Positions 35,098-44,524 of a DNA stretch of 52,903 nucleotides are shown here, one piece after another. Each line of letters begins with the position of its first letter. Position 1 is the stretch's first letter. A program made the translations under genes and the position numbers. This DNA is from an uncultured Eubacteriales bacterium (GTDB lineage: Bacteria; Bacillota; Clostridia; Oscillospirales; Acutalibacteraceae): the NCBI GenBank assembly GCA_900322145.1, contig ONYQ01000001.1, positions 1 to 52,903 of the forward strand. The letters are read 5' to 3'. The notes beneath the pieces were generated by a model that saw nothing but the letters and a program-made list of their open reading frames with translations, did no database searches and was not told the DNA's origin.

Positions 35098-35122
35098 TGC
35101 ACATTGCACATTGCACATTGAT
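35098..35122 (-). repeat. Tandem heptamer array, family 1 (minus strand ATCAATGTG CAATGTG CAATGTG CAA)
   Basis: CACATTG x3 on + at 35100-35120. It abuts the GH13 TGA stop (35123-35125). Confidence 0.85.
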
Positions 35123-36790
35123 TCAGTCGTCTATTTTCTCAAAACGGGGGACTTCCTTGCCGTCTACATTGACATACTGATAGAAAATAGCAGAAGGTCT
35201 TGCCCAGATAGCGCCGTCACCGTAGAGGGCTTTGTAAATTACCAGTTCCTCTGAGGTTTCGCTGTCCTTTGCCAGACAGACAAATTCATATTCGCCGCCC
35301 TTGAAATGGCGATACTTACCCGGTGTGCCAACCGCCGGCAAAGGCTTGCGTTCTTCCTGTACCGGTGCCGGTATCGATTCCGTTTCAGCAGGTACGCTGA
35401 CATTCTCACGGACAGGAGCGGTCTGTGCATCATCGGGATAAGCCGGCGCTTCCCCATCGGTCAATACCAATACACGGGTGCCGTAGGCAGGAATGTTGAT
35501 ATTGACATAATTATTCTGTACATCATAGACAGTCTTACCGTCATAAACATCATACAGTTTGGTACCGTTATCGGTGCGGAAACCAATATCGAAGGCATTT
35601 TCGCCGAGGTTCAGGGCAACATATACGCTCTGATTCTCAAAGCGGCGCTTGAATACTAATTGTTCATTCCGGATAACGGTATTTTCAAAGCTGCCATACT
35701 GGAGTGCCTTGTATGTTCTGCGAACAGCACCTAAACGGCATACATGGCGGTACAGGGCGTTATCCTCGCAATCATCCACGTTCACACACGGACGCAGCGG
35801 ATAATCATATTCGGTACGGCTTTTCTGCCCCTTGATACCCCATTCACTGCCATAATACACAGACGGTACACCCGGCATGAAATAAACGGTGGAAAAAGCA
35901 TTTTTCAGATGTTCGGGATTACGCAGAGTACTGGCCAGACGGTTCACGTCATGGTTATCCACAAAGTTATAAGTATAGATATTGTGATAAATGCCGCCGT
36001 TGGCAAACTGACGGTTAAGAGAATGAGCAATCTCAAAATAGTTGCGGTCATTGTGGGAGGAATAGATACCCTTATAGCACTCATAGTTCGTGCAGGAATC
36101 CAGCAGATCGGGATTCGCTAAACGGGCATAGTCACCGTGAATGATCTCACCCATGAGCCAGAATTGGTTATCACGGCTCTTGCAGAAATGTTTCAGCTCC
36201 CGCAGGAAATCCTGATCCATACAATAAGCAACATCCAGCCGCAGGCCGTCAATTTTAAATTTGTCCATCCACATGGCGACAGCATCAAAGATATGCTTTT
36301 TAACATCCGGATGACGCAGATTCAGCTTGACAAGGTCATAGTTACCTTCCCAGCCTTCATACCAGAAAGGATCCCCCCACGGACTGCTGCCGCCAAAGTT
36401 CAGATTCTGGAACCATGAGCAGTACGGCGAGGACTGGTGATTCTTCCGCACATCTTCAAATGCCCAGAAGCCTCTGCCGACATGATTGAATACACCGTCC
36501 AAAACGACTTTGATACCGTTTTCATGCAGAGCCGCACAGATTTTGGCAAAACTTTCGTTATCTCCGAGACGGTTATCTATATGATAATAGTCGTTGGTAT
36601 CATATCCGTGAGTGGTGGACATAAACACAGGGCCGAAATAAACGGCATTGACGTGCATCTCCTTGAGATGGGGAATAAAGTCGATGACCTTATTCAAACG
36701 GTATTCCGTTTTGCCGTCATTGACTCTCGGCGCACCGCAGAAGCCCAGCGGATAGATGTGGTAAAAAACTGATTCATTGACCCAATACAT
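35123..36790 (-). CDS. Cytoplasmic GH13 alpha-amylase-family glycosidase fused to a C-terminal DUF1653-like domain
   Basis: GH13 regions DGLRLDVA, GEIIHGD and FVDNHD; no signal peptide. C-terminal GKYRHFKGGEYEFVCLAKDSETSEELVIYKALYGDGAIWARP matches the DUF1653 pattern. ATG at 36790 is preceded by AAAGGAAAG. Confidence 0.8.
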   Translation of the reverse strand: MYWVNESVFYHIYPLGFCGAPRVNDGKTEYRLNKVIDFIPHLKEMHVNAVYFGPVFMSTTHGYDTNDYYHIDNRLGDNESFAKICAALHENGIKVVLDGVFNHVGRGFWAFEDVRKNHQSSPYCSWFQNLNFGGSSPWGDPFWYEGWEGNYDLVKLNLRHPDVKKHIFDAVAMWMDKFKIDGLRLDVAYCMDQDFLRELKHFCKSRDNQFWLMGEIIHGDYARLANPDLLDSCTNYECYKGIYSSHNDRNYFEIAHSLNRQFANGGIYHNIYTYNFVDNHDVNRLASTLRNPEHLKNAFSTVYFMPGVPSVYYGSEWGIKGQKSRTEYDYPLRPCVNVDDCEDNALYRHVCRLGAVRRTYKALQYGSFENTVIRNEQLVFKRRFENQSVYVALNLGENAFDIGFRTDNGTKLYDVYDGKTVYDVQNNYVNINIPAYGTRVLVLTDGEAPAYPDDAQTAPVRENVSVPAETESIPAPVQEERKPLPAVGTPGKYRHFKGGEYEFVCLAKDSETSEELVIYKALYGDGAIWARPSAIFYQYVNVDGKEVPRFEKIDD

Positions 36791-37034
36791 TGATAATTCT
36801 TTCCTTTCGCATGACAATTGCTTTGGCTGTTTCACAGACAGCCTTAACAGTATAGCACAGTTTTACAGAAAAGGCAAGTGTTTTTGCTGTCTTTTTGTCG
36901 AAGATTACCTATTTTTACCTGTCAAACAAAAAAATAACCTGCTTCCAAGTTTCTACTCTATGGGGATTATAGCACTCCTCGTTTCGGGGGGGATTTGTGC
37001 TGCCATTTTTTCGGAAATATATGCCCGTCATACA

Positions 37035-37067
37035 GAAAAACACTGCACAGAACAAATCTGTGCAGTG
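37035..37067 (-). terminator. Rho-independent terminator after the Cthe_2159-like ORF
   Basis: CACTGCACAG / CTGTGCAGTG stem. The minus strand tail is TTTTTCTG. Confidence 0.75.
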
Positions 37068-37077
37068 TGAGAGTGAT

Positions 37078-39051
37078 TTATTTTGTAACCGTGAGGGTAA
37101 AGTATTTCTTGACGATCTTGCCAGAACTATCTTTAACTTTCACACAAATATCATACTTGACAGCCGCTGCAGGTGTGATCTTTACGGTTGAATTGGCACT
37201 GTATGATTGTGCAGTCGTCCATTTTTCAGAAGTGGCTTTTTTGTAATAAACACCGTATGTGTAGCTGCCTGTACCGCCGGCGGCTTTGGCTGTAACGGTG
37301 ATAGCACTGCCCTTCTGTACGGTGGTTGCCGAAAGCCTGGATTTGTTGGTCAGAGCCGCATTGCTTACGGTCAGTGTAAAGTATTTCTTTTCAATTGTGC
37401 CGTTGGCATCCTTGACCTTGACGCAGATATCATAAGCAGTGGCTGCGGCAGGTTTTATTTTAACTGTCGTGTTGGTATTGTAGCTTTGGGCTGTCGTCCA
37501 TTTTGTACTGGTAGCTTTCTTGTAATAAACGCCGTAAGTATAAGTACCTGTACCGCCATTTGCAGCAGCATTGACCGTCACGGTGCTGCCGAGATTTATA
37601 GCATCAGATGAGAGTGTTGAATTATTTGTAAGCTCAGCCGATGCGGTTTTCTTGGTCGTGACAGTAATGGTCAGATCACTGGTAACCTTTTTGACTCTGT
37701 ATGTGTTCGGGTTATCGTCCGTTGATACGTCTTTCAGGTTCTTGTAGCCGCCGCTGACTGTCACAGTGTCTATTTCATAACCGCTTTTCAGCACGACTGA
37801 GAAGTTGACCTGACCTTCGCCGGTGCTGTCCGGTAAGCCGGTATCGCTGTTTCTGGAAACGGCTGTTTTGGCATTGGCGGTGCTGACAGAAGAATAATCC
37901 TGCGTGTTATATACATTAACGGTCGCACCGCTGTCTGTGGAGAAGGTCACACTGTAGCCGGTATCTTCTTCAATGACGGTATTGTCATGTCCGCTGCAGT
38001 TCTGTGAAACGGTTGCCGGAATGGTTTTATATTCAACCGCACCGCAGTCTGAACAAGTGTATTTCATCTTGCCGGATGAGGTTGCAGTGGCTGCTGTTAC
38101 GACCGTACCGCTGTTCCAGTTGTGAACGAAGGCGTTGCTTTTGCAGCTATCGACAGAACCACCGGTGGAAACGGATATAGAGGAGGAAGAAACATTCGGT
38201 TCGGAATACAGGAGATAATTGATATTTCTCAAAAGTTTATCGCTGTAGAGTGTGGTACTGCCGTTTTTGACCGTGATAACTGTACCGGCAGAAAGGCTTG
38301 TTGACTGCTTGTAATAGCTCTGGCTGGTAGAGGTTGACGGGTTTTCATTCATAGGATTCGTGCCTGCGGCAAAGACCGTAGCACCGTTGAGTGTCATAGT
38401 GTCGTCACAGTCAAGAGGAGAGTTATCGCCGCCGCTCTGCATGGAAAATACAGAAATATTGCCGCCTGTCAAATTAAGGGTGCCGTTGGAGTCCAATCCA
38501 TCACCAAGAGCATTGACATAGACCGCACCGCCGTAAATATTCAGTGCATAGTTACCGGAAGAAGTACCCCCCTGTCCGCCGGGACCACCGGGACCGCCAG
38601 GTCTTCCGCCCGGATTGAAGGTATTGCCGCCGCCCATGCCGGGATCCGAACCGTTGGAACTGCCGCCCGCCGCATTGATGCCGTCATCAGAAGAAACCAC
38701 ATAATATTTGCCGGAATAAATGTTGACAGTGCCGGATTCAAGTCCCTCATAGCTTGAATAAATGTAAAATTCCGGATCACGGGCAAGACCGCCGCTGATA
38801 CCAAGATCAAGCTGTGTGTCTGCATGAACACCGTTATCACCTGTATAAATTTTGAAGGTGCCGCCGGTAATTTTCAGCGTATCTTCCGCAGAAATACCGT
38901 CACCGTCTGCAGTGATATTAAACGTACCGCCGTTGATGGTCACAGAGCCTGTCGAAACGGTGTCATCGGCATCGGGGACGGATTTGATGCCATCGTTATC
39001 GAAAGCCAAATTGCCTACACGCTGGATGAGGACGGTGTCCTGACACTCCAC
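37078..39051 (-). CDS. 5'-truncated Cthe_2159-like (beta-helix carbohydrate-binding) surface protein with two C-terminal Ig-like repeats; possible pseudogene or silent cassette
   Basis: Repeated GDGISA / GDNGVHA / SDDGINA / GDGLDSNG turns and SYEGLE are typical of the C-terminal half of this family. The first ~200 aa and the signal peptide are missing. The only start is a GTG with no SD. Two tandem ~93-aa repeats lie at 37081-37640. Confidence 0.6.
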   Translation of the reverse strand: MECQDTVLIQRVGNLAFDNDGIKSVPDADDTVSTGSVTINGGTFNITADGDGISAEDTLKITGGTFKIYTGDNGVHADTQLDLGISGGLARDPEFYIYSSYEGLESGTVNIYSGKYYVVSSDDGINAAGGSSNGSDPGMGGGNTFNPGGRPGGPGGPGGQGGTSSGNYALNIYGGAVYVNALGDGLDSNGTLNLTGGNISVFSMQSGGDNSPLDCDDTMTLNGATVFAAGTNPMNENPSTSTSQSYYKQSTSLSAGTVITVKNGSTTLYSDKLLRNINYLLYSEPNVSSSSISVSTGGSVDSCKSNAFVHNWNSGTVVTAATATSSGKMKYTCSDCGAVEYKTIPATVSQNCSGHDNTVIEEDTGYSVTFSTDSGATVNVYNTQDYSSVSTANAKTAVSRNSDTGLPDSTGEGQVNFSVVLKSGYEIDTVTVSGGYKNLKDVSTDDNPNTYRVKKVTSDLTITVTTKKTASAELTNNSTLSSDAINLGSTVTVNAAANGGTGTYTYGVYYKKATSTKWTTAQSYNTNTTVKIKPAAATAYDICVKVKDANGTIEKKYFTLTVSNAALTNKSRLSATTVQKGSAITVTAKAAGGTGSYTYGVYYKKATSEKWTTAQSYSANSTVKITPAAAVKYDICVKVKDSSGKIVKKYFTLTVTK

Positions 39052-42000
39052 GCAGGCACCTATACGAACCCGACGATTATTGATGATTCCCTTAATGCAA
39101 GTGATGTCAACAAGATTGTAACAGATGGTACCATCATTCTCAAGGGCGATTGCACGGAACTGTTTTCAGGCTTTTATAATGTGACAGAAATCATTTTGAC
39201 CAATGTGGATACTACGGATGTAACCAATATGAAGGGTATGTTCGAGTATCTTCGCTCTCTGACAACGCTTGATATCAGCAGTTTCCGTACACCCAGTGTA
39301 ACGGATATGTCCGATATGTTCAACTATTGTGAAAGACTGCAGAGCGTTGATATCACAAATTTTGACCCCTCCAACGTAACCACCGTTGCCGGTATGTTTT
39401 ATGAGTGCGATTCGCTCACTTCTATTGATCTGAGCAGCTTCCGTACCACCGATAAGCTGACCGATATGCGGAATATGTTTTATGGGGCTTACGGTCTTTC
39501 ATCCATTGATCTGTCCGCTATGGATACCTCTTCTGTTACAGATATGAACGGTCTGTTTCGGGGTACGAGTATAACTTCTGTTGATTTTACAAAATTCAGT
39601 ACAGCGTCCGTAACAGACATAGGCTATATGTTAGCCGGAGTGGATATAGAAACAATTTCCCTTGCTGGTCTGAATACATCCAACGTAACCAATATGAGCC
39701 ATCTGTTCGAGGGCTGCTCCAAGCTGAAAGCCATCGACCTGACAGGTCTGGATACCTCCAAGGTTGAGGATATGAGCTTTTTGTTCGATGACTGCAGTGC
39801 GCTGCAAACAATAGAATTGGGCGGTATTGATACTTCCTTTGTAACAAATATGATGTCTATGTTCTATAACTGTTCCGCACTGGAAAGCATTGATGTAGAT
39901 ATTGATACCTCCCGTGTTACCAATATGAGCAGTATGTTCAAGTTTTATAAATATATGTGGCCTGTAGAGTATACGCCTGAATCAAGTCTGAAACACATCA
40001 ACTTTGGTTCAAAATTCACGACAGCCAATGTAACACTTATGAGCGAAATGTTCTACGGCTGTACACAGTTAGAGGAACTGGATCTGAGCCGGTTTGACAG
40101 CAGTAAGGTAACGAGTATCAATAATTTCTTCGGCAAATATGATACAAAACTCAAAAAAATAACCCTTTCTGATAAGATGTCCATAAACAGTGCGTGTAAT
40201 CTGATCAATAAAACGACTGAGTTTCTTGGTTCCGCCGGCTGGTACAACAGTACCGATCCGGATCAGGAGATCATATCCACCGGAACGACCGGCATCATTC
40301 TGCCTGCAGCAGAAGAAGACTCAACGGTTACCTATATGATGGCGTATAATAATCCTGAGATCGTTTATCATTTTGACAGCAGCACCGGCACTCTTACGCT
40401 TACAAAGGGTGAGATGACCAGCTCGCAGTTTAAAACCCTTTGTACAAAAGCAACCGATAATGTGCTGGATATCAAAAAGGTAGTCGCAGGATCAGACGTG
40501 AAGTTCACAGGAAGCCTTTACGCTATGTTCCAGGATCTCGATGCCGTGGAGGAAGATGATCTTTCGGCTGCTGACATGACTCAGGTAACCTCCATGGAAT
40601 ATATGTTCTCCTATTGTGATGTGCTTCGTTCCGTGAAGATAGGAACGTGCAGCAGTGCGCTTACAAGCCTGAAACAGATGTTCATGGGCTGTTCCATACT
40701 GAACACAATCGATATCAGCGGTCTGGACACATCGGAAGTAACCAATATGAGCGATATGTTCAACAGCTGCTCCGAACTTGAAAGTGTGAACCTTTCCGGA
40801 TTGGATACCGGCAAGGTTACCGATATGCGCTATATGTTTGCTTATTGTAAGAAGCTGAAAAGCCTTGATCTGTCCGGTTTCAATACGTCACTCGTAACAG
40901 ATATGCGCGGAATGTTCGCTTCCTGTGAAGCACTCGAAACGATTACCTTCGGCACCAATTTCACCACCGCAGCCGTTGATATGTTTTACCAGATGTTCTA
41001 CGGCTGTAAGGCACTGCACCGTCTGGATCTGAGCGGATTTACCTTTGACAGCGGCGACAATATCAATCAGCTTTTCCAGGATGCTGATATCAGAGAACTG
41101 ACGATTCCCGCCTCTCTTTCTCTTAGCAGCAGTACATCACTCCGGAATAAAGGCTATCGTTCCGATAGAATTGTCTATTTCACCGGCTGGTATAATATTG
41201 CGAATGAAAATACCATTGTTTCCGGCGAAAACTCTTATGCGGTATTCTCCGGCGCAGGCACCTATCACCTGAAAGAAAGTGACACCGGTGTCCGTTACAA
41301 TCTGGAAGGAGATACTCTCACCATTACAGCAGGCACTATCGGATATCAGAGTAATATGGGCGATGATGTTTCTTCTATCGTCAGCTATCTTAACAATGAG
41401 AATAATATCACCATTAAAACGGTTGTGGTGGGACCGAATGTCCGTTTCTATGATAATGGCTATCAGTTTGAAAAATGTGATGGTGTGGAAACGATTGATC
41501 TGAGCCATGCCGTACTGCAAAAAGCACCTGATGCACAGCAGGATGTGCGGCTGACAAAGCTGAATTCCATGTTCAGCAGCTGTCCGGATCTGAAAACCGT
41601 CCTGTTCCCGGATAGTCCGGACACCAGTGCGGTAACACAAATGTATTCCATGTTCGCCGGCTGTTCCTCTCTGGAAACGGTTGACATGAGCAAACTCAAT
41701 ACGGACAGTCTGACAACTGTCTCCTCCATGTTCTCCGGCTGTTCCTCTCTGCGTTCTCTTGATCTGAGTGCGTTTGATTTCAGCAAGATAACATCCATGA
41801 ACAGTATGTTTGAAGGATGTTATCTGACCGAGCTGAAGCTGCCCGACAGCCTGACCAGCATAACGACCGGCACAAGACTGACAAACTTTTATTGCAGCGA
41901 TGACCTCAGCCAGAATTATATCGGTTGGGCAAAGAAGGATACGAAAGATATTATATCCGGAAATGAACAGTATGCTGAATTCTCCGGTGCGTCCGGTGCC

Positions 42001-44478
42001 GGCACCTATGTGTGGGTTGAAAATGATCTGGACTATACCTTTGAAGACGGTACGCTTACGCTTAAATCAGGCACACTGAATTCGGATCTGTACGGTAAGC
42101 TGCGCAGCAGTCTTTCTTCCACCCCCACAAAGGTGGTCATAAACGGCAAGACAGCCGGCGCTGTGGTCCTGTTCGGAAAATGCGGTTCTTTCTTCAATTC
42201 CAGCACCTCTCCCAAGGTGAACGTTGATATCATCGGTGGACTGGATACCAGCAGAGTCACCTATATGTATCGCTTCTTCTATGGTACAAAGGGCGGCGAT
42301 CTGGATATGCGTCTGTTTGATACGAGCCATGTAACAGATATGTCAAGCCTGTTCTCCGAAACGGAATACGACAGCGTTACTTTCGGCGATTCATTCGATA
42401 CATCTGCGGCTACCAATATGAGCTATATGTTCTATAATGCCAAAATCAACACGGTTGATCTTGAAAATCTGGATACAAGCCATGTTACATACTTTTCGGG
42501 TATGTTCAGCGGTTGTTCCACGGTCAATAACTATGATCTGAGCAGCCTTGATTTTTCCAATGCAAGTTCTCGTGGACTTGACGGTCTATTTAAAAACAGC
42601 TCCATCAAAGTATTCGACAGCAATACGCTGCAATCAGGCAGTATTCCTAACGTCACTTCGCTGAGCAGTATGTTTGAAGGCTGTACGAAGCTGACAACAG
42701 TGAAATTCCCTGCGATATCCTGTCCGGCTGTGACCAATACCTCCAAAATGTTCAATGGCTGTACAGCGCTGACCAGTGTGGATCTGTCAGCATTGACTGC
42801 CGCCGCCAACAGAGATATGAGCAGTATGTTCAATGGCTGTACGGCTCTGACCGGCGTTGATTTCGGAACAAACAAGGTATCAGATGCCAATTATGTAAAT
42901 ATCAGCAATATGTTTACGGGCTGTACCTCACTGACGGAGATGGATATGGCTGCGTTTGCCGGTGTTAAGGTTACGAGCATGACCGGTACTTTCAAGAATT
43001 GTACAGCGCTGACAACGATCACGGGGCTTGAAAATGTTGCAGCCGCCTGCGGTGCATACGCAGAACTGTTCAGCGGATGCAGCGCTCTGACTACGGTCGA
43101 CAGCACAGAACTGCAATTTAGTACAAGCGGGTATTCCAATTCCCCCGGATTCAAGTCGATGTTCTATAATTGTTCTTCCCTTACGGAAATTGACCTGAGC
43201 AACCTTAATATGTGCAGCGTATATATGGAAAAAATGTTCGCCGGCTGTTCCGCTCTGAAAAAACTGACACTGGGTGAACCGGGTACGAATGTTACACTCA
43301 GTTCTCTTAATTCTTCTACCTATTTCCCTGATATGTTTGACGGTGACAACAATCTGACCGACCTGACCATACCAAAAACCATGGCAATTTACTCCGGCTT
43401 TAAGCTGGTCAATGAGGATATGGTCTATACAGGCTGGTTTAAAGCGGACGATGAAACAAAGACGGTTGTATCGGGTACTGCTTCCTATGCAGCGATTGCA
43501 AGCAATACGACCGGAAATGTCAGATATCTGCGTGAGGCAAAGAATTACACGAGCAACATGGTAAAAAGCGCCAGTCTGACACTGGAGGGACAGATCGGTC
43601 TGAACTTCTATGCAGCCTTCCCGGACAGCGTGTTGAAGAATGAGAACGCCTATGTCGAACTGAGCGGTCCGAACGGCAAGCAGACGGTGATGATTGAGGA
43701 TGCACCGTATGATCGTGTAAACGGATATAAGTTTACCTATCAGTTGGCTGCAAGTCAGCTGCATGATAAGGTGACCTTCAGTGTATACGATGGCACATCC
43801 ACAGAACCGCTGACACTGCATAATTCGATGGATGCCGCAATAGAGGGTAATGCTTATTCCTATGCAGTAGTTGATTATATCAATACAGTGAAAAAGACCA
43901 GTAACAATAATTATCTGCTCAATCTGGTAAAATCCCTTGAGATTTACGGAACCTATGCCCAGAAGTACTTTGGGTATGATACGGATTCTGCCAATGAATC
44001 TTCTCTGGATGTCAGTTCGCTCAATTATGTAAAAAACAAGATTACATACAGCAGCGTTTCCAGCTACAAATACAGCAAGCCGGACTATCCGGAGGGACTG
44101 AAACTGACGGGATATGCACTGGTACTGGAATCAACGACAACCTTCAAGCTGTATTTTGAATGTGATGATATCAGTAAGCTGAAATTCCACGATCTGTCAT
44201 CAGGAATCTTAACGCCTGTCAACATTTCCGGAAATCAGTATGTGATTGAAATGAAGGATATTGTTGCAAAGAAGATCGCTGATGATCATTATATTGATAT
44301 TGAAGATGCGGAAACAGAGGATCGGTATTGCCGACTGAAAGTTTCCCCCCTTGCCTATGTGTATTCTGCACTGAAACAGCTGGGAACCAGTGAGGATGCG
44401 TCAGATATCAATCTGTGCAATCTGATGAAAGCATTTCGGTATTATAATACGTGTGCCGTCAATTACTTTAGTTTATAG
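38824..44478 (+). CDS. Giant BspA/DUF285-type leucine-rich-repeat surface protein ORF without a credible start or signal peptide; recognisable sequence begins about 39016
   Basis: Dozens of ~26-aa repeats of the type VTNMSSMFxGCSxLxSIDLSxxDTSx are arranged in four modules, each opening with YxxDxxGTLTL and closing with GWY/F...G.Y. A ~300-aa C-terminal domain follows. The first 64 codons are antisense to the neighbouring ORF. Confidence 0.65.
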   Translation: MNTVITCINFEGAAGNFQRIFRRNTVTVCSDIKRTAVDGHRACRNGVIGIGDGFDAIVIESQIAYTLDEDGVLTLHAGTYTNPTIIDDSLNASDVNKIVTDGTIILKGDCTELFSGFYNVTEIILTNVDTTDVTNMKGMFEYLRSLTTLDISSFRTPSVTDMSDMFNYCERLQSVDITNFDPSNVTTVAGMFYECDSLTSIDLSSFRTTDKLTDMRNMFYGAYGLSSIDLSAMDTSSVTDMNGLFRGTSITSVDFTKFSTASVTDIGYMLAGVDIETISLAGLNTSNVTNMSHLFEGCSKLKAIDLTGLDTSKVEDMSFLFDDCSALQTIELGGIDTSFVTNMMSMFYNCSALESIDVDIDTSRVTNMSSMFKFYKYMWPVEYTPESSLKHINFGSKFTTANVTLMSEMFYGCTQLEELDLSRFDSSKVTSINNFFGKYDTKLKKITLSDKMSINSACNLINKTTEFLGSAGWYNSTDPDQEIISTGTTGIILPAAEEDSTVTYMMAYNNPEIVYHFDSSTGTLTLTKGEMTSSQFKTLCTKATDNVLDIKKVVAGSDVKFTGSLYAMFQDLDAVEEDDLSAADMTQVTSMEYMFSYCDVLRSVKIGTCSSALTSLKQMFMGCSILNTIDISGLDTSEVTNMSDMFNSCSELESVNLSGLDTGKVTDMRYMFAYCKKLKSLDLSGFNTSLVTDMRGMFASCEALETITFGTNFTTAAVDMFYQMFYGCKALHRLDLSGFTFDSGDNINQLFQDADIRELTIPASLSLSSSTSLRNKGYRSDRIVYFTGWYNIANENTIVSGENSYAVFSGAGTYHLKESDTGVRYNLEGDTLTITAGTIGYQSNMGDDVSSIVSYLNNENNITIKTVVVGPNVRFYDNGYQFEKCDGVETIDLSHAVLQKAPDAQQDVRLTKLNSMFSSCPDLKTVLFPDSPDTSAVTQMYSMFAGCSSLETVDMSKLNTDSLTTVSSMFSGCSSLRSLDLSAFDFSKITSMNSMFEGCYLTELKLPDSLTSITTGTRLTNFYCSDDLSQNYIGWAKKDTKDIISGNEQYAEFSGASGAGTYVWVENDLDYTFEDGTLTLKSGTLNSDLYGKLRSSLSSTPTKVVINGKTAGAVVLFGKCGSFFNSSTSPKVNVDIIGGLDTSRVTYMYRFFYGTKGGDLDMRLFDTSHVTDMSSLFSETEYDSVTFGDSFDTSAATNMSYMFYNAKINTVDLENLDTSHVTYFSGMFSGCSTVNNYDLSSLDFSNASSRGLDGLFKNSSIKVFDSNTLQSGSIPNVTSLSSMFEGCTKLTTVKFPAISCPAVTNTSKMFNGCTALTSVDLSALTAAANRDMSSMFNGCTALTGVDFGTNKVSDANYVNISNMFTGCTSLTEMDMAAFAGVKVTSMTGTFKNCTALTTITGLENVAAACGAYAELFSGCSALTTVDSTELQFSTSGYSNSPGFKSMFYNCSSLTEIDLSNLNMCSVYMEKMFAGCSALKKLTLGEPGTNVTLSSLNSSTYFPDMFDGDNNLTDLTIPKTMAIYSGFKLVNEDMVYTGWFKADDETKTVVSGTASYAAIASNTTGNVRYLREAKNYTSNMVKSASLTLEGQIGLNFYAAFPDSVLKNENAYVELSGPNGKQTVMIEDAPYDRVNGYKFTYQLAASQLHDKVTFSVYDGTSTEPLTLHNSMDAAIEGNAYSYAVVDYINTVKKTSNNNYLLNLVKSLEIYGTYAQKYFGYDTDSANESSLDVSSLNYVKNKITYSSVSSYKYSKPDYPEGLKLTGYALVLESTTTFKLYFECDDISKLKFHDLSSGILTPVNISGNQYVIEMKDIVAKKIADDHYIDIEDAETEDRYCRLKVSPLAYVYSALKQLGTSEDASDINLCNLMKAFRYYNTCAVNYFSL

Positions 44479-44524
44479 GCAGATGTAACATCATTTGAAA
44501 AATAGGAGTGATAGAATGAAGACA

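Noticed and set aside
33634-35118. 494-aa minus-strand ORF
   Set aside because: It is entirely antisense to the well-supported ackA gene. It stays open only because the heptamer arrays at both ends are stop-free in all frames, and its composition is junk-like.
42928-43821. 297-aa minus-strand ORF (and other ORFs antisense to the BspA giant)
   Set aside because: They lie inside, and antisense to, the LRR repeats, with no start signals.
37078-44478. Shufflon-type invertible cassette system
   Set aside because: This is kept only as one hypothesis under the junction finding. I found no recombinase gene, no repeated crossover site and no constant 5' expression segment anywhere in the window.
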